Below are positions 1-11,859 of a DNA stretch of 64,000 nucleotides, in pieces. Position 1 is the first letter of the stretch. Each line of letters opens with the position of its first letter. The stretch is from Macrostomum lignano (taxonomy: Eukaryota). The translations under genes and the position numbers were made by a program. The DNA lies in assembly GCA_002269645.1 (NCBI GenBank), contig NIVC01000029.1, positions 310,001 to 374,000 on the forward strand, given 5' to 3'. The notes beneath the pieces are model-generated. The model searched no databases. It had not been told where the DNA came from and saw only the letters and a list, made by a program, of their open reading frames with translations.

Positions 1-335
1 GTGAGATTCTCATATGAGAGAGTCTCAATTGTGAGATTCTCATAGGAGAGTCTCAATAGATGTGAGATTCTCATATGAGAGAGTCTCAATTGTGAGATTC
101 TCATAGGAGAGTCTCAATAGATGTGAGATTCTCATATGAGAGAGTCTCAATGGCTGTGAGATTCTCATTAGGGTAAGAGTCCCTATGGGTGTGAGATTCT
201 TATAGGGTAAGAGTCTCCATTGGTGTGAGATTCTCACTGGTAAGAGTCTCTATGGGTGTGAGATTCTAACAGGTAAGAGTCTCGATAGGTGAGATTCTCA
301 CAGGTAAGAATCTCAACGGGTTGGAGACTCTCATA
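1..335. repeat. Degenerate ~30-bp minisatellite built from GAGA-N-TCTC palindromes (open at window edge)
   Basis: Recurrent gtgagattctcatatgagagagtctcaat units, decaying towards 335. Confidence 0.85.
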
Positions 336-1249
336 GATACTCAAAATCTACTTAAATCCATTAAGAATTTGTGCAGACTGCGATTCTTAAACGGATGAAG
401 GCACTTATAAAGAGTCGCTCACCATGCTGCTGCCGAGTCTGCAGATAGTAGCACTTGCTAGACGCTGTCTCGATGGACACCGCGGAACCATCGCTAGTTG
501 TTGTCGAGACCGCACTCAGCTGAGCCCCTTGCATAATTATTCTATTCAGATTATAAGGGTATATATATACACTAGACCACTGAGTGAAAGTTTATTCCGG
601 CCTATAGTTCGATTTGTTTGTGTGTGCGAGTGTATATGTGTGTATATATGTTAAAATGTAAGCAGAATGTCTATCTATTCAATGCACTACAGTGTGGTCG
701 CTGTGTTTAGGCGATAGTCCAGAGTCCAGAGAGAGATTTTGGAGAGTTTACGCACGCGCCAGGTAAACCAAGATAAACAATTGTAAGTGAGAAACTTAAA
801 TCCGCTCGATGGATGCCGTTTTAGTTTAGAGATTTTTCTGGGGAGAGAGAGAGGAGAGAGTTGGGACTCGTAGTGGTGGCCAACTGGTTTTCACTGGATG
901 TTTATGTCCAAAGCCCGCTGCCTCGCGTTCGGGGCGAAGGGAGGTTGGGGTTGGGAGGTTGCAGCGGTCTGCTTGCTATTGGCTGCTGTTCCACCCCAGT
1001 TTTTCTTCTTTCGTAAAGGTCCCGCATGCTTGTTTTTTTCGATTCTGAAGTGTTTTAGATAGCCTTCTATTTTATTAATAAATATACAATGCGAATACAT
1101 AATCAGAACTTTGCGATGGTTACCAACTTAATTAGTTTGCATATAACATATTCTAGATTGATGCTTAAATACTTAAACAAATACCCGGACTTTTCCCCAG
1201 CGTTAACTTCATTATTTTTGGTTCTAATTTGGTTTCCTATTTTCTTCAC

Positions 1250-1785
1250 TGGCCGATTTCATTATTGATTTTCATTCTTCACTTGTGGATTTCATTATTT
1301 ATTTTCATTCTTCATTTGTGGATTTCATTATTGATTTTCATTCTTTACTTGTGAATTTCATTATTGATTTTCATTCTTCATTTGTGGATTTCATTATTGA
1401 TTTTCATTCTTCACTTGTGAATTTCATTATTGATTTTCATTCTTCATTTGTGGATTTCATTATTGATTTTCATTCTTCATTCTTCGCTTGTGGGTTTTAT
1501 TATCGATTTTCATTCTTCATTCTTCACTTGTGGATTTCATTATCAATTTTCATTCTTCACTTGTGGATTTCATTATCGATTTTTATTCTTCATTCTTCAC
1601 TTGTGGATTTCATTATTTATTTTCATTCTTCATTCTTCGCTTGTGGATTTCATTATCGATTTTCATGCTTCATTCTTCACTTGTGGATTTCATTATCGAT
1701 TTTCATGCTTCATTTTTTTACTTGTGGATTTCATTATCGAATTTTATTCTTCATTCTTCACTTGTGGATTTCATTAACCTCTTCG
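1250..1785. repeat. 33-40-bp minisatellite (cttcacttgtggatttcattattgattttcatt)
   Basis: Directly visible tandem units; source of the spurious ORFs 1285..1848, 1430..1777 and 1488..1868. Confidence 0.9.
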
Positions 1786-2621
1786 TTCCTCACTTATGTC
1801 TATCTCGACTTGCCGAACATAAGCTACAATGGATGGCAATTCCGTTGAAGAACATCTGGAGCCACTGAGCTGAATTGACACAGCACAAACCATTGCGTTA
1901 CAACATCCTGACCTGCAGGTCCAGAGGCAACTGCTTCTTGTTCGCCGAAGAGGGCTACCGGAGGCCTACACTGTAATTTTAAAAGGTCCGAAAAAGGGTC
2001 CGACGAGGGTCCGCAGTTAGGGTCCGGTCCGTCGCTATATAGGGACCCATAGGGGTCCGGTTTTTCAAGGAGGTCCGTAATTAGGGGTCCGAAAAAAGGT
2101 CCACGATGGTCCGTTCTTAGGGGTCCATTATAGGGTCCGCAGCGTCGCTATATACGGACCCTCAAAAGAGGGGTCCGAAAAATGGTCCACTTTTTCAGGT
2201 CGCTCACGCTCCTTTTTATTATACAGAAAGAGCCCGCCAAAAGGAAAAAATGAAAAAGGCGAATACTATTTCCCAAAAACGAGTTGTAGGAGGCAGCAAT
2301 CTGCAGGCTTTGCTAATCAGGTATTGGCAATTGCGAAGATAATGATGTTTGCAATTCTTATATTATATTACTAATTTTGTACTATGCATAATGTATTGCC
2401 ACAATGGCAAAAAACCATTAGAATACGCGGCGTGTTCTATAATTCAACACAACACCTAATTCAAAATTGTGTCACTTACACGCAACATACAAATAGGAAG
2501 GGAAAGTGAAAAATACGGCAAGCTTTAAGAACAGGTAGCATCTGCAAGACGTGAAAGTGGAGAAGACGACACACAATAGACAAATAGGAAGGGAAAGTGG
2601 AAAATCAGTTGTAAATGTCAG

Positions 2622-4241
2622 TTAGCCAAGTGCATCGAGAAGAGTTTTTGCAGGGCGCCGCGAAACAGCGCTGCGCTTCCGGAGCTTCGACAGAACCTCA
2701 ATGGCTTCCAGAAATGATTCAATGCACGGGATATGCTGCAGATTGAAAGCCACAAAGCACGCGGTGAAGCAGACAACGATGTCTCCAGGGGAGTCGAAAA
2801 GCAGCTCGGCTCCATTGATAGCGACACCGCGCCAGACATCACCCTGCTGAATGATGTGGATGGGCAGCTCAGGCGAAAAAACGACTGATGGATTGCAGCC
2901 AGTGCGGCCAAGAAGAAGGCAAAATGCTGCAGCAATCTTCTTCTCATCGTCATCAGTGTCCACCAGGAAAGGCTGGCACATCTTGTAGTTTTTCATTGTG
3001 ATTCTCTTTGGCCAGACACGCTGAAGAAGTGCTGTGCGGATGTTCTTGCCGATGTCGCTTGGCGACTCTGGCAGAATGTAGTCCGTTTTGGCGTTGCTTC
3101 TGTACGTGTCAATCATGAGGTAGGCCTCCTGCAGGATGACCGGGCAGAGGACGAGTGGCTTGTACAGGTTTACCTGCTCCTGGATGGTTAGTTCCTGGCA
3201 ACGCAAAATTCTGACAGCGAAGAGATCCTTCATGGCTTCAAGGACGTCGTTGATCTGCATTAGGTTGAAGCTCTGGTTGAGGGACTTCCGGGCCTCCTCA
3301 TGCCTTGGTGGAACCTCGTCGATCTCGCAGGAGCCCAGGTAGACGCTCTTAGCAATACTGCAAGCATCTGACTGGTCCAGTAGGAGGCGCTTCTCTTCAG
3401 GCTCTTTGACTGGGTCAACGTCTTCTTCAGAATCACCGCCGTCATCTGCCACCACCGCTGCTTCAATATTGGCGCGCTTCTCTGCAGCGTCCAAGGGTAC
3501 ACGCTTGCGTCCGAACTTCTCCCGGCTGTTTAAAACAATGGGACTGCTGCATTGCGGCAGGATCTTACTGCGCAGCTCTTTCAGTCGACGAGTAATCTTG
3601 ACCCGCCAAAACTGACGGCCATCTGGTGAAGTGTCGCTGAGGCCCGGGTAAGTCGAAATAATTGCATTGCAAACGTCCCGTATCTCACCAGCGGATAGGT
3701 ATGGGTTGCTCATTGACTTGTAGTTCCGGAAGATGTCATTTATCGTGTACTTCAGAAACGTATTCACAAACGTCGCTTTCATCTTAAAATCTTCGCCACG
3801 TTTCGGATTGCGACGCAGATCTTGCAGCGCCTCATCCAAGTCTGGCATCCGCGGCAGCCGGTAAAGAAGTGGCCATGGCTTACTTCCTTCAGCAGAAGCT
3901 GCACTTGTCGAGGCTGCTGCAGTCTGATCGTCAGGCGCTGTGTCGCCGGCAGTCTCGCTTCCTGAAGCGTCATTACTCGGCAGCGTAGCCACATTGCTAG
4001 CTGCTGGTGCTGGAGGTGCCCAAGCCTCCCCTTGACGCAGGAAGATAAGCTCGGTCTTGCTAGCTGCCAGTTCAGGCAGGAAGTCGTCATCATCCACCAC
4101 AAAGCCATCTGCCGTGACAACCTGAATCTCGCAGGTAGTCTCCAGCTCCAGTTTTGCACATCCCTGCTCAAGAAGCTGGTTGAATGAGGACGGCTTGACT
4201 AGCCTCTTCCGTGAACCGTCACGATTGGTGATTCGCAGCAT
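2622..4241 (-). CDS. Transposon ORF2 (539 aa): N-terminal CIDE-N-like beta-grasp domain, C-terminus like SAMD3-like EnSpm accessory proteins
   Basis: Intact ORF inside the TIRs. N-term RITNRDGSRKRLVKPSSFNQLLEQGCAKLEL...VTADGFVVDDDDFLPEL...LIFLRQGEAW resembles the recalled CIDE-N pattern. C-term FTACFVAFNLQH...FLEAIE resembles the (F/Y)VFN(I/L)xY...LEF motif of animal EnSpm ORF2. Confidence 0.8.
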   Translation of the reverse strand: MLRITNRDGSRKRLVKPSSFNQLLEQGCAKLELETTCEIQVVTADGFVVDDDDFLPELAASKTELIFLRQGEAWAPPAPAASNVATLPSNDASGSETAGDTAPDDQTAAASTSAASAEGSKPWPLLYRLPRMPDLDEALQDLRRNPKRGEDFKMKATFVNTFLKYTINDIFRNYKSMSNPYLSAGEIRDVCNAIISTYPGLSDTSPDGRQFWRVKITRRLKELRSKILPQCSSPIVLNSREKFGRKRVPLDAAEKRANIEAAVVADDGGDSEEDVDPVKEPEEKRLLLDQSDACSIAKSVYLGSCEIDEVPPRHEEARKSLNQSFNLMQINDVLEAMKDLFAVRILRCQELTIQEQVNLYKPLVLCPVILQEAYLMIDTYRSNAKTDYILPESPSDIGKNIRTALLQRVWPKRITMKNYKMCQPFLVDTDDDEKKIAAAFCLLLGRTGCNPSVVFSPELPIHIIQQGDVWRGVAINGAELLFDSPGDIVVCFTACFVAFNLQHIPCIESFLEAIEVLSKLRKRSAVSRRPAKTLLDALG

Positions 4242-4622
4242 GAATTAGAATTTGACATATGAAGATGATTAAATCTAATAGGTAACACAGGCAAAACAGA
4301 CATTGTGCTCATATCTATTTCATCATCTCAAATGAATGTCAAATTCTAATTCCAGTATACAGTACATGGAGAATAACAGTGAGATACAAATCTGCTACTG
4401 TAGAAAACATTACTCAATACATACATAATTCAATATACAGTATATATAGGACCCCTCAACAGCAAATTGGTACACAAACAACATTACATCAGTAGAAGTA
4501 TGCACCTTTCAGGTTTTAAAATTGAAGACATAGTAGCAGAGCATCCATATTTTTTTCAATGACTGTATACCCGCTCATAAGCATCACAAGTATTGCAACC
4601 AACAATGCCTCACTAACACAGT

Positions 4623-6878
4623 TCAGTATAGCCATGGGTGGGGACTTGTAGACACAAAGTTTCCCTCTTTGTCAGCAAATGCTTGTTCTTTTCCATCATA
4701 TCTCCATCGATTGTTTGTAGTTGCAGTCTTATAATGAAAACCTTTATATACGAGACTATTAGTAGAAAAGCAAAAGTGGCCTATATCACTTCTTTTGATT
4801 TTAAATTTTTCACATAATTTAATTTGATCTGGAAGAAATAGAATAGAATTAAGTTGAACAGCTGTTGAATGAGAACAATTATAATCAATTGGCACAAAGT
4901 GCTTAATTGTTAGAGCTTTTTGAACTTGGAGCTTTTTTGCACATGTGTATGAGACATTAATATAATTCTTAGATTTTCTACTAATTTCTTTTACTACTTG
5001 ATGATGGGTTTCACTTCTCATTGACCAAAGATAATATAAACCATTATAAAAAGAAAATAAAGAAGGATAATGGCATATATAATGCAATTTGCATTTATAT
5101 TTTGGATTACCCTTTGCAAGCTTATATATAAGTTCTATTTGTGCTGCAACTAAAAACTTTAAATAGTCTATACTAATTGTTTGGCTACAAGATATTGGTG
5201 CAAAAATAATATCTATAAATAAGCGATGATATATATACAATTCCCATACTTCATTCTTAGTATCAAACAAATTGCCAAATAAAATACCAAAATATTGTAA
5301 TAAGTGCATCATTTGACTAGCTGTACATGTTAAATGATAGTTTCGAACATTATATTTAGTTACTGTTGGAAATGAAATAGATGGGATTTTAGAAAGCCTA
5401 GAGTTGATTTCATCAATACTAACATGTAGTTGATCTATTGCATATTCAAATACCAGTCCTACTACAATATGGGAGATTCCTTCTAGAATATCATGCATTA
5501 TATCAGGTGGAAAAAAATATGGTAAACTAATATATGCCACATCAAAAAGAAGAGAAGTTGAAACGAACCCATGGCAAAGCCTCTCTGATGAATCAATAAT
5601 AGAGGTATGATCTCGACTATTGAAATTAAATAATTTACTCAGATTTTCCATGTCAATATTACATAGATCTTGAAATGATATTGTACAATATCTACAAATA
5701 TGACCACTAGAAAAGCATTTTCTTAACCCAAAAAATTGATTCATTGAAAGATTATCCCCAGTCATAAAGCATGCTAATACAGGTAGCATTATATTTTCAT
5801 TAATACTCAATTCATTAAAGTACAATTCATTTAACTCAGCAACTAAAGGTGCTATACATTTGTTGAGACCAAGTGCTTTAATATTACTATCTATACATAA
5901 CATATTAAGGAAGCATAGATTTAAGGATGAATTAACATAGTCAGGGATATTTAAAATATTAAAATAAATAACAAATAGCTTATGTCTTGTCTTAGCAGAA
6001 CCTATTGGATTGCATACTTCTATTTCATCAGAATACAACTTTAAATATATTCCTTCTTTAGCCATTGGATATATATATGAATAATAATAATGGGAATTAA
6101 AGAAACAGCTATTAGTTTTATCAACTTGCAAAATATATTTTAATAGATGTTCATTCTTTATAACTGATTTCAGTGTTTCTGCAATAGAAACATACTGTAT
6201 TTTTCATTGTGTTTCTTTATCAATATATTCAGTGGGTTGCACTAGATTGAAATCAGTTTTTAAAATATTTAATATCTTTCTATCATTTAATAGATCACTT
6301 AAAGATATATCAATCATTTCTTGTAGGTCAAGTAATTCCAAAAAGTTTCCTGTAAGTAATGCTGGGTAAAACTCCTTTAAAAACTGTTTAAATAGTTTAA
6401 AATAATTGCTTGCAAATTCAGTCACTATTTCCTTAACTAATAGGCTTAGTTGCATAGACTTATGCTTAGAAACAATAAAAAAATCCTTTGCTTTTAAATA
6501 AAAATATACAAAATTTAAAGCCAATTCCTGCTTCAGTTTTTCACGACACTCTTCACTGCTTTGATTAAGAACATCATCACCATTGGCTAAATCAACATTT
6601 ATACTATCATTAGTAGATGAGGTCCCAGGTACATTAGCTGAGTCTATGCCTATGTCTATGGGTCGAGTGTCTATATTTGCTTGATTAATTGATTCTGATG
6701 ATACTGTATGAACCCTTTTAGCATGTGCTCTTAGTGACTCAATAGATGTGCAAGAATGGAAACAATCTTTAGCAGGACATTTAAACCACTTGCAGCCAAA
6801 CGAATGATGACATTTTATGTGAGTTAATAATTTAAATATATCACTACTAACAACAGAACAAAACTGACATTTATACAT
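4623..6878 (-). pseudogene. EnSpm/CACTA-type transposase with N-terminal C2H2 zinc fingers, interrupted by one in-frame TGA (6204-6206)
   Basis: ORFs 6204..6878 and 4623..6131 are in the same frame; read-through gives KETQ*KIQYVSIAETLKSV. Motifs: CxxC..H..H fingers, LYSDEIEVCNPIGS..HKL, GDNLS..F...F.....CRYC, PPDIMHDILEG, KLHYICHY, WSMRSETHH. Confidence 0.88.
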
Positions 6879-7984
6879 TCAACAAAATATAACTACATTA
6901 TCACGATGATTGCTACAATTATACAGCTACGCAAGGCCGAAAATCTGAAACTTATAGCAGAGTTAACTATAAAACACGGCAGGGTGATGAGAGCGCGTTG
7001 CTTTTTAAATCGTCACCTGCGTACGGATCAAAGTCTCAAAACACACAGGCACGGTACAACAAAAGAAACGTTATAATAATCTTTTATGCCAATTGTTTAT
7101 TTTCTGTTTTACCTTATAAGCATTAAATGAAAATTTTAATTGGAGAATAGTGAAAATAAAATGGAAACTATGTAATCAGTTCATACGCAGTTCTTGGACA
7201 TTGCATGAAGTTTACATTTGTATAAAAGAGTGAGAAAAAAGCGTTACCTTCACTTAAGATGCATTTTAAGCCATTGCACATAACATTTATGTGGTACTGT
7301 ATGTGTGAGAGGTGCGAAATAAAAACATATATTTCGGACCCTAGGGTCCGTTTTGACAAAACGGACCCCACACGGACCCTTATGATTTACAGTGTAATAG
7401 GGAGGCTTGAAACAGCGGTGGTTGAGACAGACAGACAGTGAGAGAGTGGCGCACAGAAGACACCGCAAGCAAGGCAACTGTTGCATTTTTCAACTGCCAA
7501 GACCAGCTGACCCGACTTATTCTCCATATCGGGTAAAACGCCGAAGCACTTAAAAACACGAGTTTTCTTGTGGCATATTTTCGGTATTTTTTCGACAAAA
7601 GAAAGGGTGCCGCCCCTGAGAAGCAGACTTTGCCACCTGTGCGCGAGTTTGGCAGCCGTGACATTTTCTCCATCCAATTGATGAAGCGGCACAGCTTGCC
7701 ATAAATAGCAGTGGATGACAAGACACAGCGGGGACCCAATAAGAGGCTGCAATGGTGAAGCTGGCATGCATAATACGCTTGCAACGGAATTTTTAGGGAT
7801 GCCGCATCGAAATTTATTGTTGCATTCTGAAGCTGCAATGCATCTATTCATGTAATAGTTTTAGGGTATTATTAAATCTTTTTTGCATTATCATGGAAAA
7901 CCGGGTGCCTATTTCACATGCGTTCTTTCTGTCTCTATACCCTCTCTATTCTCCTACATATAACCTACCCCTCTCCCTATACCT

Positions 7985-8625
7985 CTCATCCCCTCCCTAT
8001 ACCCTCTCGTCCCCTCCCTATACCCTCTCGTCCCCTCCCTATACCCTCTCGTCCCCTCCCTATACCCTCTCGTCCCCTCCCTATACCCTCTCGTCCCCTC
8101 CCTTTACCCTCTCGTCCCCTCCCTATACCCTCTCGTCCCCTCCCTATACCCTCTCGTCCCCTCCCTATACCCTCTCGTCCCCTCCCTATACCCTCTCGTC
8201 CCCTCCCTATACCCTCTCGTCCCCTCCCTATACCCTCTCGTCCCCTCCTTATACCCTCTCGTCCCCTCCCTATACCCTCTCGTCCCCTACCTATACCCTC
8301 TCGTCCCCTCCTTATACCCTCTCGTCCCCTCCTTATACCCTCTCGTCCCCTCCTTATACCCTCTCGTCCCCTCCTTATACCCTCTCTCCCCTCTATATAC
8401 CATCTCTTTCCCTCTCCCTGTACCCTCTCTGCCCTCTCCCTGTACCCTCTCTGCCCTCTCCCTGTACCCTCTCTGCCCTCTCCCTGTACCCTCTCTGCCC
8501 TCTCCCTGTACCCTCTCTGCCCTCTCCCTGTACCCTCTCTGCCCTCTCCCTGTACCCTCTCTGCCCTCTCCCTGTACCCTCTCTGCCCTCTCCCTCTACC
8601 CTCTCTGCCCATCTCCCTATTCCCT
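7985..8625. repeat. Two adjacent C/T-rich minisatellites (21-bp ataccctctcgtcccctccct, then 22-bp gtaccctctctgccctctccct)
   Basis: Visible tandem units, switching at about 8390-8410. Confidence 0.92.
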
Positions 8626-9354
8626 CTCTTCCCATCTCACTTTGCCCTCTCTCCCCCTCTGTAAGCATCTGTATGTTTTATTTCCTCAACAAAAACCCAA
8701 ACCACATTCTCAGACAGAAGCAATAAAATCAACTAACAAACCAAGTAAAAGTCATTTTAGAACCGTATTCTGATTTTTTATACTCCTCGGGACTCGGGTG
8801 GAAACGCCCTCTCTTCCCATCCATTCCATCCCATCTATATTTTGAAATCTAACTTTATTGCCTCAATAAGAAGCTCGTCTGACCTGCGGCGCTGTTGCTA
8901 CCCCACCAATCCGAAGCGACTCCCACCTCTTAGCAACGACCCACTGCATCCGAGACTTACTGACCCAAAAGAGGAGCATTAATATAAATTTAGTCACAGA
9001 AACTAATAGCATCATTAGACTCGATGAAAAACTCGCTACAATAAAGGACTCCCCTTCCTCCCTCAACTGATGGCAGACCTCTGCATGAGAGACTGGAACA
9101 GGCATCAATGAAAAAACATAAAATATAATGTTTCCTAAACAGACGGACTCTCGGACTCTACTTCTATTGATGATGACTCTATTTAGTGTAAGCACGCATG
9201 TGCCACCGAATATAGCTATTTAGTCAAAGTTCGTCCTGCTCCTAATTATGCTCGAAGTTTATACGTTGCTGCACATTAACATCATGAGGTGAAATGCCGT
9301 AACTGGTGAAATGGTAGAGTTCAGTTAAATCCTGCAGGAAAATACTTCAGGATG

Positions 9355-10260
9355 AACTCACTCATCCAGTCTCTGTCCTATCTCACTCATTCTCTCTTCT
9401 TTCTCACTCAGTCTCTCTCCTATCTCACCCAGTCTCTCTCCTATCTCACTCATTCTCTCTTCTTTCTCACTCAGTCTCTCTCCTATCTCACCCAGTCTCT
9501 CTCCTATCTCACTCATTCTCTCTTCTTTCTCACTCAGTCTCTGTCCTATCTCACTCATTCTCTCTTCTTTCTCACTCAGTCTCTGTCCTATCTCACTCAT
9601 TCTCTCTTCTTTCTCACTCAGTCTCTCTCCTATCTCACCCAGTCTCTCTCCTATCTCACTCATTCTCTGTTCTTTCTCACTCAGTCTCTCTCCTATCTCA
9701 CCCAGTCTCTCTCCTATCTCACTCATTCTCTCTTCTTTCTCACTCAGTCTCTGTCCTATCTCACTCATTCTCTCTTCTTTCTCACTCAGTCTCTGTCCTA
9801 TCTCACTCATTCTCTCTTCTTTCTCACTCAGTCTCTCTCCAATCTCACTCAGTCTCTGTCCTATCTCACTCATTCTCTCTCCAATCTCACTCAGTCTCTG
9901 TCCTATCTCACTCAGTCTCTCTCCTATCTCACTCAGTCTCTTTCCTATCTCAACCAGTCTCTCTCCTATCTCACTCATTCTCTCTTCTTTCTCACTCAGT
10001 CTCTCTCCTATATCACTCGGTCTCTCTCCTATCTCACTCGGTCTCTCTCCTATCTCACTCAGTCTCTCTCCTATCTCACTCGGTCTCTCTCCTATCTCAC
10101 CCCATCTCTCTCATGTCTCACGCGTCTCTCTCCTATCTCACCCAGTCTCTCTCCTATCTCACTCAGTCTCTCTCCTATCTCACTAAGTCTCTCTCCCACC
10201 TCACTCAGTCTATCTCCTTTCCCACTCAGTCTCTCTCCTATCTCATCCAGTCTCTCCCCT
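9355..10260. repeat. 21-bp minisatellite (ctcactcagtctctctcctat and variants)
   Basis: Visible tandem units. Confidence 0.92.
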
Positions 10261-10719
10261 CTCGTAAACAGTAAAAATAGATAGCGAGTTTGCAGAACAC
10301 ACGCTAATCCCCTGGGCAGTATGCGCCCTCTACCTGTCACCGGATATTTCAGTATATTTTTTTCAGCACAGTGGAATTCCTGAACCGACAGTCAGGTAGC
10401 ACGCAGAGATGTGGAGACACAAGGAATAGAGAAATTTTTTGTTTACAACCGAAAAAAACGCAAAACTCCATCACCACCCAATAGTGAAGCACTGAACAGG
10501 TCACTCAAAACCTGACCTACAAAGACCAGTTCATGTCGGAGAGGGGGCTTTGACAGCAGTCAGGTCTCTGTAGTCAGTTTGATAGATATTTTTGACAAAA
10601 AATTTCAACAGAGACGCAGCCGAGAAGGCTGAGAACCCTGGAGTGCGAGGAAGTCCCCGGGTTCTTCAGACAACTGTACAGTCTGAATGTGTGGTGCGGT
10701 TTTTCAACTGATTGAATTG

Positions 10720-11320
10720 TTCTCTCCTATCGCATCCTGTTTCTCTCTTATCTAACCTCGTCTCTCTCCTATCTCACCTCGTTTCTCTCTTATCTAACCT
10801 CGTCTCTCTCCTATCGCACCCCGTTTCTCTCCTGCCTCACCCTCTCTTTCCTGTCTCACCCCGTCTCTCTCCTATCTCATTCAGTCTCTCTTGTCTCACA
10901 CCGTCTCCCTCCTGTCTCATCCAGTTTCTGTCCTGTCCCACTCCGTCTCTCTCCTGTCTCACCGCGTCTCTCTTCTGTCTCACCCGTCTCTCTCCTGTCT
11001 CCTGTCTCACCGCGTCTCTCTCCTGTCTCACCCCGTGCCTCTCTCCTATCTCATCCCGTCTCTCTCCTGTCTCACCCCGTCTCTCTCCTGTCTCACCCAG
11101 TTTCTCTCCTGTCTCACTCCGTCTCTCTCCTACCTCACCTCGTCTCTCTTCTGTCTCACCCCGTCTCTCTCTCTCTCTCCTATCTCATCCCGTCTCTCTC
11201 CTGTCTCACCAAGTCTCTCTCCTGTCTCACCCAGTCTCTCTCCTGTCTCAATCAATCTCTCTCCTATCTCACTCCATCTCTAGTCTTTCCCATCTCTATC
11301 AGTCTCTCCAAATCTCCCTC
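10720..11320. repeat. Irregular CT-rich minisatellite (ctctctcctgtctcacc-like)
   Basis: Visible degenerate tandem units. Confidence 0.85.
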
Positions 11321-11859
11321 CACTCTCTCCAATCTCAACTGTATAGCCAAAGATTATTTACAAAAATACGAACAATTCAAACTGAAATCAAGTCAATAGT
11401 AGAAAAATTGGTTTGGGAGTTTTGGGAAGAGTCGCAACTCCAGACTCCGGTCCTAGGCTTCCTTGTCACGACCGACTGAAGTCGCATTCGCAGCAGCAGC
11501 AGCAGCAGCAATTGACAGTTTGTTGATCCGAAACCACCCAACAACACTCTCTTCTAGAAGAGAAGCCATTTCCACAGTTTACAGCGGAAAAAATCACCAC
11601 TCGAGACCCCACACGAGGCTTAGTGCGGGGGAGGCGCACGGCCTGTTTACACCGCCACCGCCACCGCAACTCATATCCCCATCACTAGAAATTAGTCCAA
11701 ATATTTATGCCAAAAAGATCCCCCCGCCATCGTGTCTGCAAAGCCCTCATTCAAACTTCTAAACTGCGAAGGATAATTCATACGATCTGCGCAGATTCCC
11801 ACTGCTAATATCCCTCGACTTTTTCGTGTCCAGCTTGATTATATATACAATGCCATCAG

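Larger units (their letters stand above)
1969..7394 (-). mobile_element. CACTA/EnSpm (CMC superfamily) DNA transposon, full length, 5426 bp
   Basis: Left end CACTGTAATTTTAAAAGGTCCG (1969-1990); right end reverse complement CACTGTAAATCATAAGGGTCCG (7373-7394). TA flanks both ends (1967-68, 7395-96). Many GGGTCCG/CGGACCC subterminal repeats (about 1985-2190 and 7335-7380). Encodes a transposase plus a second ORF. Confidence 0.92.

Noticed and set aside
895-1020. MFMSKARCLAF…AAVCLLLAAV signal/anchor-like start as a first exon of the decayed plus-strand gene
   Set aside because: Weak donor, short frame and no demonstrable link to downstream fragments.
2618-4171. Alternative-frame and antisense ORFs within transposon ORF2 (2618..2953, 3136..3342, 3260..3502, 3406..3615, 3779..4171)
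   Set aside because: Shadows of a GC-rich coding sequence with no recognisable motifs.
11347-11400. AKDYLQKYEQFKL resembling a TMEM120 motif
   Set aside because: Stops after a few codons; no other TMEM120 features nearby.
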